Below, in pieces: positions 52,501 to 64,000 of a stretch of DNA of 64,000 bases. The translations under genes and the position numbers were made by a program. The DNA is from Octopus sinensis (taxonomy: Eukaryota). The stretch's first letter is position 1, and each line of letters starts with the position of its first letter. Location: contig NC_043006.1 in NCBI RefSeq assembly GCF_006345805.1, positions 90,520,001 through 90,584,000 on the forward strand, given 5' to 3'. The notes beneath the pieces were generated by a model. That model did no database searches, was not told where the DNA came from, and saw nothing but the letters and a program-made list of their open reading frames with translations.

Positions 52501-53686
52501 CCAGGATGTCAGGATTGTAATGCAAGCTTCCAAGCCACTCAGCCATGCCTGCATCATCTACACATCTCTCTTTTCTCTCTCATACACACACCAGAAAGTT
52601 TAAACAGGATTATTCAAATTGTCCAGTGGATAGTAATTCACTAACTCCAAATAAGGTCAGAAATTGACCAGGATGATTCATCTAAACCATACCAGTATGG
52701 AAAGGAGATGTAAAACAGAAATGACAAGGATATATTTGTGCCTATGTTTATGTAGACCAGTTCACCTAGTAGGTCAAGCTGGATCTCTTTATATCAAAAA
52801 GGTAACTTAGCTATTTGACAAATAGAGAGAGATGTAATAATTTCTGGGGTTGATACAATCAAGTAAACCCCTTGAAGGCTGGGCACAAGATTAGCTGCAG
52901 TTCAAAGATTAAGCAAGTGAAAGAATATCAAATGACACATCCCAGAATGGAATTTTTTTTATGTTAAACTACTGTGTAAATAGGATTAAAAGCAAGTTAA
53001 ACCTTTATTCAGTGTGAGATGCAACAATAACATTTTTTCTAAAGAACTCTAAACAAGCATGTTTATGGATTTTTTATTTTTTATTTTAAATTATTAATGG
53101 GTTGGTGAGAAGTTATTGAAAAGGCCACAACAATGCAAATATGAAATAAAGAAGTGAAAAAATAAAATCAAACATTTATAGTTTTACCTTATATATTTCA
53201 ATATTCTGGCAATAAAAAAGCCTTAATGACGAACAGAGAAAAGTGGAACAGCATTTTGGCCTGTGCAGATTAAGGTTTTTTATATAAAAAAAGCATAAGA
53301 ATTAAAAAAAGAAAAAAATCTGTGCTTTTTTACTTTTTCAATATTCTTATCACACCTTTATTTCTGACTGCATTGTGAAGGCCTCCTCAATCACTTTTAA
53401 CTCTATAGTTTCACAACACTTCAAATAAACTACATTACTCAAATGTGATGGTTTTGTTAACAGGTAGAATTCTTAAAAGGTGAATTTAAAGCAGGTTTGG
53501 TTGTTTGCTTTACATATAAGATTATTTATAGCCAACAAAACAGTATAAATCAAATATATATATATATATATTATACACCACATCTCTACATATACACAAT
53601 GGAATTTTACCATTTAAGTTTTCTATTGAAAATATCAATTTCATTTTAAACTTCCAATTACTAAGAGGAAGAGAAAAAAATTTCAG

Positions 53687-53806
53687 AGGAAAGAATCATA
53701 AACTTTATTTCTGAAGTTATCTCTTTCATTAGCATATTTCCAATGAAACACACAGTTCATATATTTCAATTGCTTTTGAATATAATCAAGGATTTGGAAG
53801 GATTAG
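53687..53806 (+). CDS. Candidate internal exon: (E)ERIINFISEVISFISIFPMKHTVHIFQLLLNIIKDLEGL(G)
   Basis: Acceptor tttcag (alternative at 53665), strong donor ttag|gtaaga; 120 bp; phase 1 to phase 1. Confidence 0.5.
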
Positions 53807-54752
53807 GTAAGACAACTTCATCATTAAAGTTATTAATAAAAATATGACAAAAGATTCCAATTTGAATATGGAAACTTTAAAATTAGAAATTTTATCATTA
53901 GAACAGAGGTGGTTTAAGGTAAGTTAATATGAAAAGTAGCTCAGATTATTGAGTACTTTGAGATTTATAGGATGTGTGTGGACTTGCAGAGAAGTTCAGT
54001 AGGCATCAAAGTAAATTGTCACCATGTGATAACATGTAGACATATTCAAATAATAAATAAAAAGATTTACTTACACAGAGACATATTCACACACATCTAT
54101 AGGAATAAAATTAAACTGGGTTATAACTAAGTGCACACTGTGTCATGCTGATTCTACTTTTATTAAACTACTGTGTGAATAGGATTAAAAGCAAGTTAAA
54201 CCTTTATTCAGTTTGAGATGCAACAATAACATTTTCTTCTAATGAACTCTAAACAAGGATGTTTATGAATTCTTTTTTACAATAATGAGTACCATACGAG
54301 TGAGATCATTGCCAGAGCAACAAGCTGGCCTTCGTGCCGATGGCACGGTAAGCACACCATTCGAGTGTGATCGTTACCGCGTCACCTTACTAGCACTCGT
54401 GCTGGTGGCACAGGAAACATTCGAGCGAGGTCGTCGCCAGTGCTGCTGGACTGGCTCCTGTGTAGGTGGCATGTAAAAAGCACTATTTGGGCATAGCCAT
54501 TGCCAGTGCCAGTGGCACGTAAAAGTACCCACTACACTCTCAGAGTGGTTGCCGTTAGGAGGGGCATCCAGCTGTAGAAACTCTGCCAGATCAGATTGGA
54601 GTCTGGTTCACCAGACCTCAGTCAAATCGTCCAACCCCTGCTAGCATGGAAAGCAGACGTTAAATGATGATGATGATGTTACAAGTATCTATGGAACACT
54701 CAACCACTTTGGACATTAATTCAGTGAGTAGGACATCCAGTTCATAAAAAGG

Positions 54753-55732
54753 TTGTTGAATATGTTCGGTGGTTGTATTGTTGAGCAATCTGACGTTGGT
54801 CATAGCCAGCGAAAAATTGCCAAAAATCATCAAATTCCTCTTGCTACTGTTGATAGAATTATAGTGCAAGTCAAAAGCCAAGGAAAAGAATCAACCAATT
54901 CTCATCCCGGCCAACCTGGGTGGACTCTTGAAAAGGAAGCTTCACCGTTTGAAGAGAATTGTGGAAAAAGAACCCCGTTTGAAGGCTTCTGACATTGCAA
55001 AACAGCTACAAGTTAGTCCAAGAACGTGTGTTACATTTCTGCATAAGCTTGGGTACTATGGACGAGCAGCTAGAAGAAAACTTCTTCAACCAATTAATAT
55101 CATGAAAAGAAAGAAATGGGCAAAGGGGATGTCAGAGAAATGCAGTTCATTTTGGGATAGAGTGATTTTCTCAGATGAATCCAGATTTGCATTATTTTTA
55201 GATAGTGAATGTGTTTGGGTCTGAAGGCTTCCCAATGAAGAATTTGACTTGAAACGACTCAAGTGGTATCTCTGTAATGGTATGGGGAGCTGTCACCAGC
55301 AATCGTCGTTCTGAGCTGACTGAATGTGTGGGAACGATAAACTCTGAAAAATACATCAAAATACTTAAACAAGGACTATTTCCGATGTATTCACATGATA
55401 AAATAACGAAAAATGAGTTTTTATTCATGGAAGATGGGGCTCCATGCCACACAGCAAAAAGGAATCAACAATGGCTGACTGAAAATAGGATCAAAAAGCT
55501 TCCTTGGCTGAGCCAATCTCCTGACATAAACCCAATTGAAAATCTTTGGAGCATACTAGAGAGAGCTATATGCAAAACTGAACAGAAACCTAAATCTAAA
55601 GATGAATTGTTTCGATTGTAGCATGAAAAGTGGGCAGAAATTCCACAAGAGACAATCACAGAGCTCATCAGTTCAATGCCAAAAAGAGTTTCTGAATTAA
55701 AAACTGCAAAGGGAATGTTAACTAAATACTAA
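54753..55732 (+). pseudogene. Tc1-family DD34E transposase pseudogene
   Basis: VIFSDESRF, VMVWGAV, FMEDGAPCH, WLSQSPDINPIENLW with 34 residues between D and E; frameshifts near 54940 and 55260, stops at 55222 and 55619; no matching TIR pair found. Confidence 0.93.
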
Positions 55733-56993
55733 AGTATGTAGTCCTACCTATCGATTACATTTCAATTGTTCGCTATGCATATTAAATAAAACATTTTGAA
55801 AATTGAAGGTGTCTGTGTATATATACATGTATAATCATTTTTCATCTGCTTTCTAGCAGGGAGTCATTGTGTGTGGGTGTGTATAGAACACGAAGATAAC
55901 TCATCATCATAATTTAACGTCAGTTTTCTACGAGTTGAGAATATAATTTCATAAGAGTTGAATACAGTCAGAATTATAACTTAAAGGTTCCAGCCTCAAC
56001 ACCATAATTTGCATAAAAACCTTTTCTATATTACACTCAATCATCTCTTTTAATAATTCTAGTTTTATAATATTACATTGGTAGACCAGTGTGAAATAGA
56101 TTCGCAAAAAATATATTAACCGTTTTAATACCAACCTAAGACTGCTCTTGATTTTGTGACACAAACGTCTTATTTGAAGTGATCAAAGTTAAAACCTCCC
56201 ATCAGAATTTCATGTCAATTTATGTTCCAAACACCAGCCTAAATAATTACAAATCCATTTTACTAAATTCTTCATAATTTTCAAAATTCACTAACTCAGA
56301 AAAAATAGATCATAAAAGATTACTTGGTTCAATTCTTGTTTAGCCAACAAATTTCCAACTAAGTCATTAAAATCTTAAAAAGTGTTACAAAAATATTTCT
56401 GTGAGTAATCACAAATATTAAGATTATTATTCTCTTAAAGTCTTTTATTCAACTATTAAGTGCATCATTTTTTAACAGTATCAAGAATGATCATCTTTCA
56501 TCCAGCCTGGAAATTCTATTCACCCAAAATGCTCATTCAGCCACAAATGTACTTTTCAAGAAATTATTTACTCAGCTTATGTTAGCACTAACACAATTCT
56601 TGATTTGTACATTGAATTTAAGAACCAGCTATTTGAAAGCTTGATATTACTAAAAACCGTATACATTTCATATTATCTAAATTTATTTCAAACTTAAAAT
56701 CAAAGAAAATGAAGATTGGCACTAAGTGGAAGAGTGTCTCAGCAATTCTTACTCTCATTCAAGTGAGTCATATGAATGTTGCACATAAAAACAATAATTA
56801 ACTATATCACAGATTCCAATTTAACCATACTTCCAAACTGATTTGACTATGCTCTAAGACAATAAAACAGTTAAAATTATTTTTTCCTCATAAGTAAGAA
56901 AAACATCTGAGAGTAATGCTTTCATTTTATGCGCTTTACTATGTTTGTCTCATACGATACAACACATCAATGAAACTTTTTTCATTTTTGTAG

Positions 56994-57136
56994 GTTATTC
57001 ATTTATTACATTCCATTTTAAGGTGTTTTTAACTCAATTCAAACCACAGTTGATATTTTCTACTCTTCCACTCCAGCTAATTGGGGAGATAGAAACTGTA
57101 TGGAAATCCATTGTGAATATGCACACACACTTGAAG
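56994..57136 (+). CDS. Candidate internal exon: (G)YSFITFHFKVFLTQFKPQLIFSTLPLQLIGEIETVWKSIVNMHTHLK
   Basis: Acceptor tttttcatttttgtag, donor aag|gtgaaa; phase 1 to phase 0, compatible with both flanking exons. Confidence 0.5.
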
Positions 57137-58147
57137 GTGAAAAATATGAGGAAATTGTGCCTGAATAAAACAATTTACTAAATTATACATCAAATTTCAT
57201 GCATTAGGCTTATATATGAGCTGTATGGTTGAGAAGTTCTCTTTGCAACCACTCTACTTCAGATTCAATCCTAGAGAGCAGCACCTTGAGCAAGTATCTT
57301 CACCCATAGACTGACGACAACCAGTGTGTTGTGAGTGAATGTAATAAAAACTGGCTGGTCTGTCAAAGATGTCTTCATGTACATGCACAAATGCAGGTGT
57401 ACATGTGTGTGTGTGTGTCTTACTGCTTGAAAACTGCTATTAGATTGTTCCCATAACTTAGCAATTTGGCAAAAAAGACACTGATAAATGACTACCAGAC
57501 TCTAAATAAGTAGGGGGCTGATTTGACGGATAAAATCTGTAAAGGCAGTGCTCCAGCGTAGCCACAATCCAATAACTGAAACAAGAAAAAAATTAGTTCT
57601 TTTTATAATGAATAGGAGGAAATCACTTGATTGTTATGTTTCAAAATTAATATTTATAGCTGTAGCCAGTCAATGCTTATCCAGGGGCATGTCCCTCCTT
57701 TCAACTAAAACTAATATTTTCTTACTCTACTTAGAAAAAAAAAGTATTGCTTCATTTGACATAAGCTGATATTTTGTTGTCTATTTTCCTAGCTATCATT
57801 TGATAAATTAACTTCATTTAGCAATCTTATCAGGTGGAAACTACCAGCTTAACAGGAAAAAGAAAGAAAAAAAAAAAGAAAAACTTGTAATTTTTTTTTT
57901 TTCCAAAGTTTAATACACATCAAACACTTGAATAAATTAACATTAATCAGAGATTGCTAATCAAAATATTTCCATTTTGTTGTTGATGTTCTAATTTACT
58001 TGAGAAACAAAATTCTAAAAATCATGTTCTACAAAAACTTACAATCATTGGTATTTAAGTGCTAGGAGAATTTAACTGGTTTCTTGCTGCTGTTACTGTG
58101 TTTATCACAACAGTTCCAACATCTAAGATTATTTTCATAACCAACAG

Positions 58148-58258
58148 ATGTTGGAAGTAAAAGAACAGTTGCAATCATATTTCTCCAATGACAAGATTTT
58201 AATGCCAACCAGTTTGTTTGAAATTGCAACAGCCCCTTTTCTTTCACCATTTAATACG
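58148..58258 (+). CDS. Candidate internal exon: MLEVKEQLQSYFSNDKILMPTSLFEIATAPFLSPFNT
   Basis: Acceptor ttttcataaccaacag, donor acg|gtatcc; 111 bp; phase 0 to phase 0. Confidence 0.5.
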
Positions 58259-60120
58259 GTATCCCAAACAAAAAAAAAAAAAAATTATATTATTACTTTA
58301 CTATGAATAAAATACCTTTCCTTTCTTTTTCACTTTTAATTCACCATGTTGAAATAATTACTATTAACAGGTATGGCTGTGGTTAAGAAGCTTGCTTTAA
58401 CCAGCCTTGTGGTGTGGGGTTCAAAGAAGCTTGTGTGTGTGGGTGTGTAAAGACACACATATTTATATACATGGCAATTAAATGCATGTGTGTATTTAAG
58501 TACCCTTGTCTAGGCATCACGGTTGTTGTAAGCAAGCATCATCAACATTGTAGCAATATTGTTTGTTTCTAGTCTTGCAAGGAAAACGTGCTTCAGTATG
58601 AGAGGAAATTCCCTTGTTTGGAAACAGGTGAGGGTTGGCAACAGGAGCCCATGCAAGCAGGGAAAAGTGGATGTTAGATTATGATAACAGCTAATGAAAG
58701 AGCTTCTTCAGAGTTTCTTATGAGGTTGATGAACAAGCAGAGATTGTGTAGATTGAAGTACTAAATCTACCTTCAGCAAACTCGGTATTTATTTTTTTTT
58801 TTAAAGAGGACCACTTAATTTAGTCATAAATCTTAGGACAACCTTTTCTTCCTCAAAAGATGAAGTGTCAGAGCTAAGAACACAATTGTTTATTTGTAAA
58901 TAAATTCTTTCAGCTTTAGATATGAACACCCATCACTTACCAACTCTTTCAGCAGTAACATATAGTTGCTATAAGATTTTAAACCAGAGTGACACATCCA
59001 GAGTTTGTGCCATCTAGGACAACCCCATCCTGTTGGGCCCCAGTGCAGCTTTTATGGAAGGCGTGAAAGTGCTACCTTTATAAAAATGTTCCCCAAGGAG
59101 AAAAGACTTCTTTTGCAGCCATGCCATTACTATTTCTCTCTCAACACATCTTGCAGTTAGTGTGTCCTTTTTATTATGTCTTCTTGCCCACTTGATGGAA
59201 GTGATGAACACAGCTGTTACCCATCTCTTATGTTTGAATTCTTAGAAATGGGAACAATTCTAACAATACATGCAAATATGCTGAATGTGAAGAACTATGA
59301 AACCATTCTGAGTCATAAGAAACAAATGCAATCAATATTGATCTTTGATTTACTAAAATTGATTCAATTAATTATGTATTAACTTTATAGAGTTGTTGAC
59401 CTCATGTCTAGTCAAAGCAAATGATTATTTTATTTAGGAATTCAAAGCAACATATCAAAAGAAAATTGCACTTCAAGTTCAGAGGTGAACAGTTCACCTC
59501 CAGCCATTGGTAGAACTTCTCATTTTATAGCTGAACATCATCATCATCATCACCATTATACATCTGCTTCCCATGCTTGTATGGGCTGGATGGATCATCA
59601 TAGTTGAAGTTCACTCTGACACACAGTTAATGCCCTCCTATATGGTAGGGAACCATCTTTGACTTGAGATTTTAGCATGATTTCTACAGTTTGATGTCCT
59701 TCCTAACATCAACCAATTTATAAAGTTCCCTGTGTGCATTTTACCACGGAGCAGCATTATAGAAGTTGCCATATCTTTGATAAGACTAAAGGTTCCTTTC
59801 GAACCCTATTTTGTCTACTTATTTAACCACTTTACAGGATGCATCTTATTGTGGCACCAGCATGAGTGAGGTTGTCTTGAACCCTGCAAGATAAAAGAGA
59901 CCTCATTATACTGTTACGAGGTTTCTGTTCAAGCAGAGCCACAAAGACCAAGAGGAAAGAAGGTAGAGAGGGGATCACAGAAGATGAATTCATGTGGAAA
60001 GGAAACAGAAGTGAGAATAGAGAGAGAGAACTGGAAGGAGTAATAACAAAGTGAAATGAAAGAGATACACTAAAGGCAGTTACATGCAGCAGATAAGAGA
60101 GTGAGCAAGTGATAGATACA

Positions 60121-60486
60121 TGTTTCAGTCATTTGACTGTGACCATGCTGGAGTACCGCCTTTAATCGAGCAACTCGACCCCAGGACCTATTCTTTTGTA
60201 AGCCCAGTACTTATTTTATCGGTCTCTTTTGCCGAACCACTAAGTAACGGGGACATAAACACACCAGCATCGGATGTCAAACAATGCTAGGGGGACAAAC
60301 ACACACACGCATATATATATATACGACGGGCTTCTTTCAGTTTCCGTCTACCAAATCCACTTACAAGGCTTTGGTCGGCCCGAGGCTATAGTAGAAGACA
60401 CTTGCCCAAGGTGCCACACAGTGGGACTGAACCCGGAACCATGTGGTTGGTAAACAAGCTACTTACCACACAGCCACTCCTGCGCC
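60121..60486 (-). mobile_element. Young full-length tRNA-derived SINE (dominant family)
   Basis: Intact head ggcgcaggagtggctgtgtggtaagtagc; older copies at about 1975-2335 (-), 3118-3440 (+) and 61270-61600 (-). Confidence 0.92.
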
Positions 60487-63400
60487 AGTTGTATGAAGCA
60501 TATTTTTTTCACAGCTAATAATATAACTTTTTTACTACTCTGTTACAAAGTACCAACTCAAATGAAACTTGGATGAAAAATACCCCAAGACAATGGGAAC
60601 AAATCATCAGATGACCAAATTATTAGGTGGTCACTTCTACAGCTTTCACCATGTATTTCTTTGCCAACCACATCACTCAATCAATCACTCTGGCTTTGGA
60701 CTGTTGGTGTTGCAATATAGGGAAGAAGTCACAGAAAAATAACTTAAAAGTAATCCACACTATATACAAGTGAAAAAAAAAAAAGACAAACACAATTAAC
60801 AAACTGAAAATTATAATCTGTACGGTTTGTAATAAGGCAAATAATGCAAGACTTCAGCATTTCTTAGCAACAATCTACACAGGGCTATTTGTATTTCTAA
60901 TAGGACATTTGCTTTTTTTGTTGTGGCGTAAACCATTTGTTTTCTTACTTTATTATCATCTTATAATCATCTCATAATTATGACTTTTATGACTCTTATT
61001 ACTACCTCAGTCAATCTAAATGTATATATATGTCGTTACCTGTCATAAATAACCTTTTTTTTATTTGCAATGTGCATTTTCGTTGATTTTTCATATTTTA
61101 TCCCTATACATATATATATATATACACATATACACATAATTGGCCTGGTTGCTTAGCCAGCGGGGTGGTGTCATTTGAAGGCTAAAACAATGCAAAGCGC
61201 ATTGTGACCAGCGATGTGTAGCAACATCTGATAGCCTGGTCAGTCACGGTGATATACACATATTACTTTTTACTTTTTACTGGCCATTGTGAGGCACCAC
61301 ATGCAAAGGTTTACTCAAATCAGTTCCAGTACTTCTTCTATAGGTTTCTTTTCCTGAACTGCTAAGTTACAGGGACACAAACTAACCAACACCAGTTATC
61401 AAGCAGTGTAACCTCACACACACACACGCACGCGCGCGATGGGCTTCCACATTTCTCATCAACCAAATTCACTCACAAGGCATTGGTTGACCCAGGGCTA
61501 TAGTAGAAGACACTAGACAATGTGTCGCACAGAAGGACTGAAACCAGAACCACAGTTGTAAAGCAAGTTTTACAACCACTCAGCCATGCCTGCATCTATC
61601 TTACTTTGTTTCAGTTGTCTGTGGCCATGCTGGGGCACCACCTTGAAGAATTTTAGCTGAATGAATTGACCCTAGTTTTTTTTTTCTGTCTCTTTTGCCA
61701 AACCACTAAGTATTACAATTGTTGAAGGGCAGATCTTCAGTTTCTTGGAGTCTAAATTTGACCCTCACACATACAAATGTAAACTAATCCTAGTTGCTAT
61801 ATTTCAGAGTCACATCAAAGACATTGATAATAATGATACAGGGTAAAAGAATGAGAATGCATATGTAATGAACTGGAAGATTACTTTAGGGGTGGGGGGA
61901 ATGAAAGGAACCCACCATCAAAAGAGAAGAGAATATTTCAGCCAAGTGAAGATGTTGATAATTAAAGATCCAGGACATTGACCAGCACTGACATGACCAA
62001 CCCCTGTAGCTATCATTTTCATATTTTTCTCATCCATTAGGAAATTCAGCATTGTCACTACAATTTTATCCTTGTTAGAAGTGTGTTAAAGAGATTTTCA
62101 GATGCGAAACACACCTTCAACAGTTTGCTAATCCAGTGACAAAAAAGGAAAAAAAACAAACTAATAAATATTAAAGAAAAAAATATTTTTTGTTTCAAAT
62201 TGCTATTTTAAAAAATTAGTTTCCAGATTGTATTTTCATTTAAAGAGAAGGAAATCCAAGAATTAATTTTATTTTTAAACTTCTTTCTTACCCAATATAA
62301 TGTCTTGATTCTAAATACTATTTGATTCCATCTTTTACTTATTTATTCATTTGTTAATGATTTATATGTGCGTAGGGCATAGTGTTAGGAAAGGACTCTG
62401 CCTATAAAAAGACTGAACCATTCAAGTTAATGTTCTTCTAACCTGCAAAGCTGTCCAATAAAATGAGTCAAAGAGAAATACAGACAGACAGAATGGGAGA
62501 GAAAACATAAGCTATATCAATGTCACTTCATAAACAGATTCTAAAAAGAATTCAAAAATAATGGAAAATGGACATTAAATGATGATGATAAGACAAGGAA
62601 AATGAGGTTTTCTAGTGTAATCCAGTGGGGAATATAAAACAGAAATTCTAATTCCTTTGTACATATTGGTTTACAAATGAAAATCGTAAATTAAAGCCAA
62701 TAGACATTGATCATTCATCACCTGCCAGATATCAGGCGATATATATTACATTAGCTTCCCCCTTTCTCCTAAATTACATATATTGAAAAATCTGAAGAAT
62801 TTTAAAGAAAAGGAATATTTTAGTAAGCCTTCAGCGAATGGAATTCAATTACAATTAGACATTTCCTTCTTTTTCTACAAAACAGTTTAGATGTGCAAAA
62901 GGAGTGCATTCCTTTTTTTAATGGATTTAGTCAATGGATTGTGACCATGCTGGAGGTTTTATATATTCCAAATTGGTCCCTGCACTTACAGTCTAACTTA
63001 TTCTACCAATTGTTTATAACCAAACTGCTAAGTTATATGAACAGCATTTGCCAAATGGTCAGAAGCCACACACACACGTGTGTGCATGCACGAAGGTAAG
63101 GTTGTGTGGTTTATAGTCACTGGCAGAGGTGCATAGCTTAAAAGTTTGCTTCTCAACAACAGGTTTCAGATTAAGTTGTTCCAATGGGAGGCTTCTTGGG
63201 CAAGTATCTTCCACTATAGGCACTGGTTAACCAATATCTTGCACTGAATTCGGTAAACAGAAACTGTATAAAGCCCATCATTTCTATTTCTGCATTTTCA
63301 AAAATGAAAAGAATGAAAACCCCCTTTACTTGAAAAATAGGTGAGGGTTAACGATGGGAAGGGTATTTGACTATACAAACAATGCCTTGATAATTTTTTT

Positions 63401-63559
63401 TTGTTTTCCATGACAGCATCAAAAAGTTAACAAAATAATGAAAGAATATATAGGACATGCTTCTGCACAGTTTCCATCAAACATAATTGATCAAAGAATT
63501 ATGTCATGGGAATGACCTAAAACCACCAAGTTGTGAAGCAAACTTTCTGACCACATTAT

Positions 63560-64000
63560 TATTTACCTGTGTCTATTATGAAATATTGCTGAACTGATTC
63601 TGGTAATCTTCAGGATTTCTTTCTTGATTAGATTATTAGATGTCCCTACACATTGCTGGTTGCAATATGCTTCCATTCTTCTCTTGATAGTGCCTTCTGT
63701 TCCATTTGAACCTGAAATATTTAACTATCCTGTCTTCCAGTCATCATGAATGATCTGATTTCTTGGATATCACTCAACAGCACAGGTTCATTACTTGTCT
63801 GTAAACCTCGTTACATGTTCGGCTGAGCAGACCATGTGCTTTTGGTTTTCCACTCAGAATACACTTTGCTTAAATAAGCCCATATCAGATATGCATCCAC
63901 AACACTATTCCTGGCATGGATCTTTCCATAACCTTCATCGTCAGAGTTAGCCAATGTTTTCCCTTCTTCATTGTAAACCATGTCTTGCATATAAGAGGGT
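63560..64000 (-). mobile_element. Degenerate RTE-like LINE 3' fragment running off the window end
   Basis: Remnants TLLYA... and ALSREEWKHI; many stops. Confidence 0.4.

Noticed and set aside
54928-55621. Intact active Tc1 transposase
   Set aside because: Two frameshifts, premature stops and no identifiable TIR pair.
58940-59382. Possible further exons on either strand
   Set aside because: Several mutually incompatible splice and frame options; none can be preferred without expression data.

Overview
AT-rich, repeat-dense animal genomic DNA. The SINE, RTE and microsatellite inventory resembles octopus; this is an inference from remembered repeat families, not a database result. No prokaryotic genes, rRNA, true tRNA gene or CRISPR array are supported. 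Most listed ORFs are microsatellite or repeat artefacts. Decayed mobile elements: RTE LINE fragments, CR1-like fragments, a rearranged Penelope-like element, a Tc1 DD34E pseudogene, a deleted DD37D-type element, a Helitron-like element, a piggyBac-type MITE and many tRNA-derived SINEs. Small phase-compatible exons suggest two unidentified spliced genes (minus strand about 0.5-12.7 kb; plus strand about 45.9-58.3 kb), predicted by eye only. Highlights: a near-canonical hammerhead ribozyme at 6821-6909 (minus), a minimal hammerhead core in a palindromic mini-element at 23.2 kb, and an 881-bp inverted duplication (879/881 identical) with a hairpin at one breakpoint.
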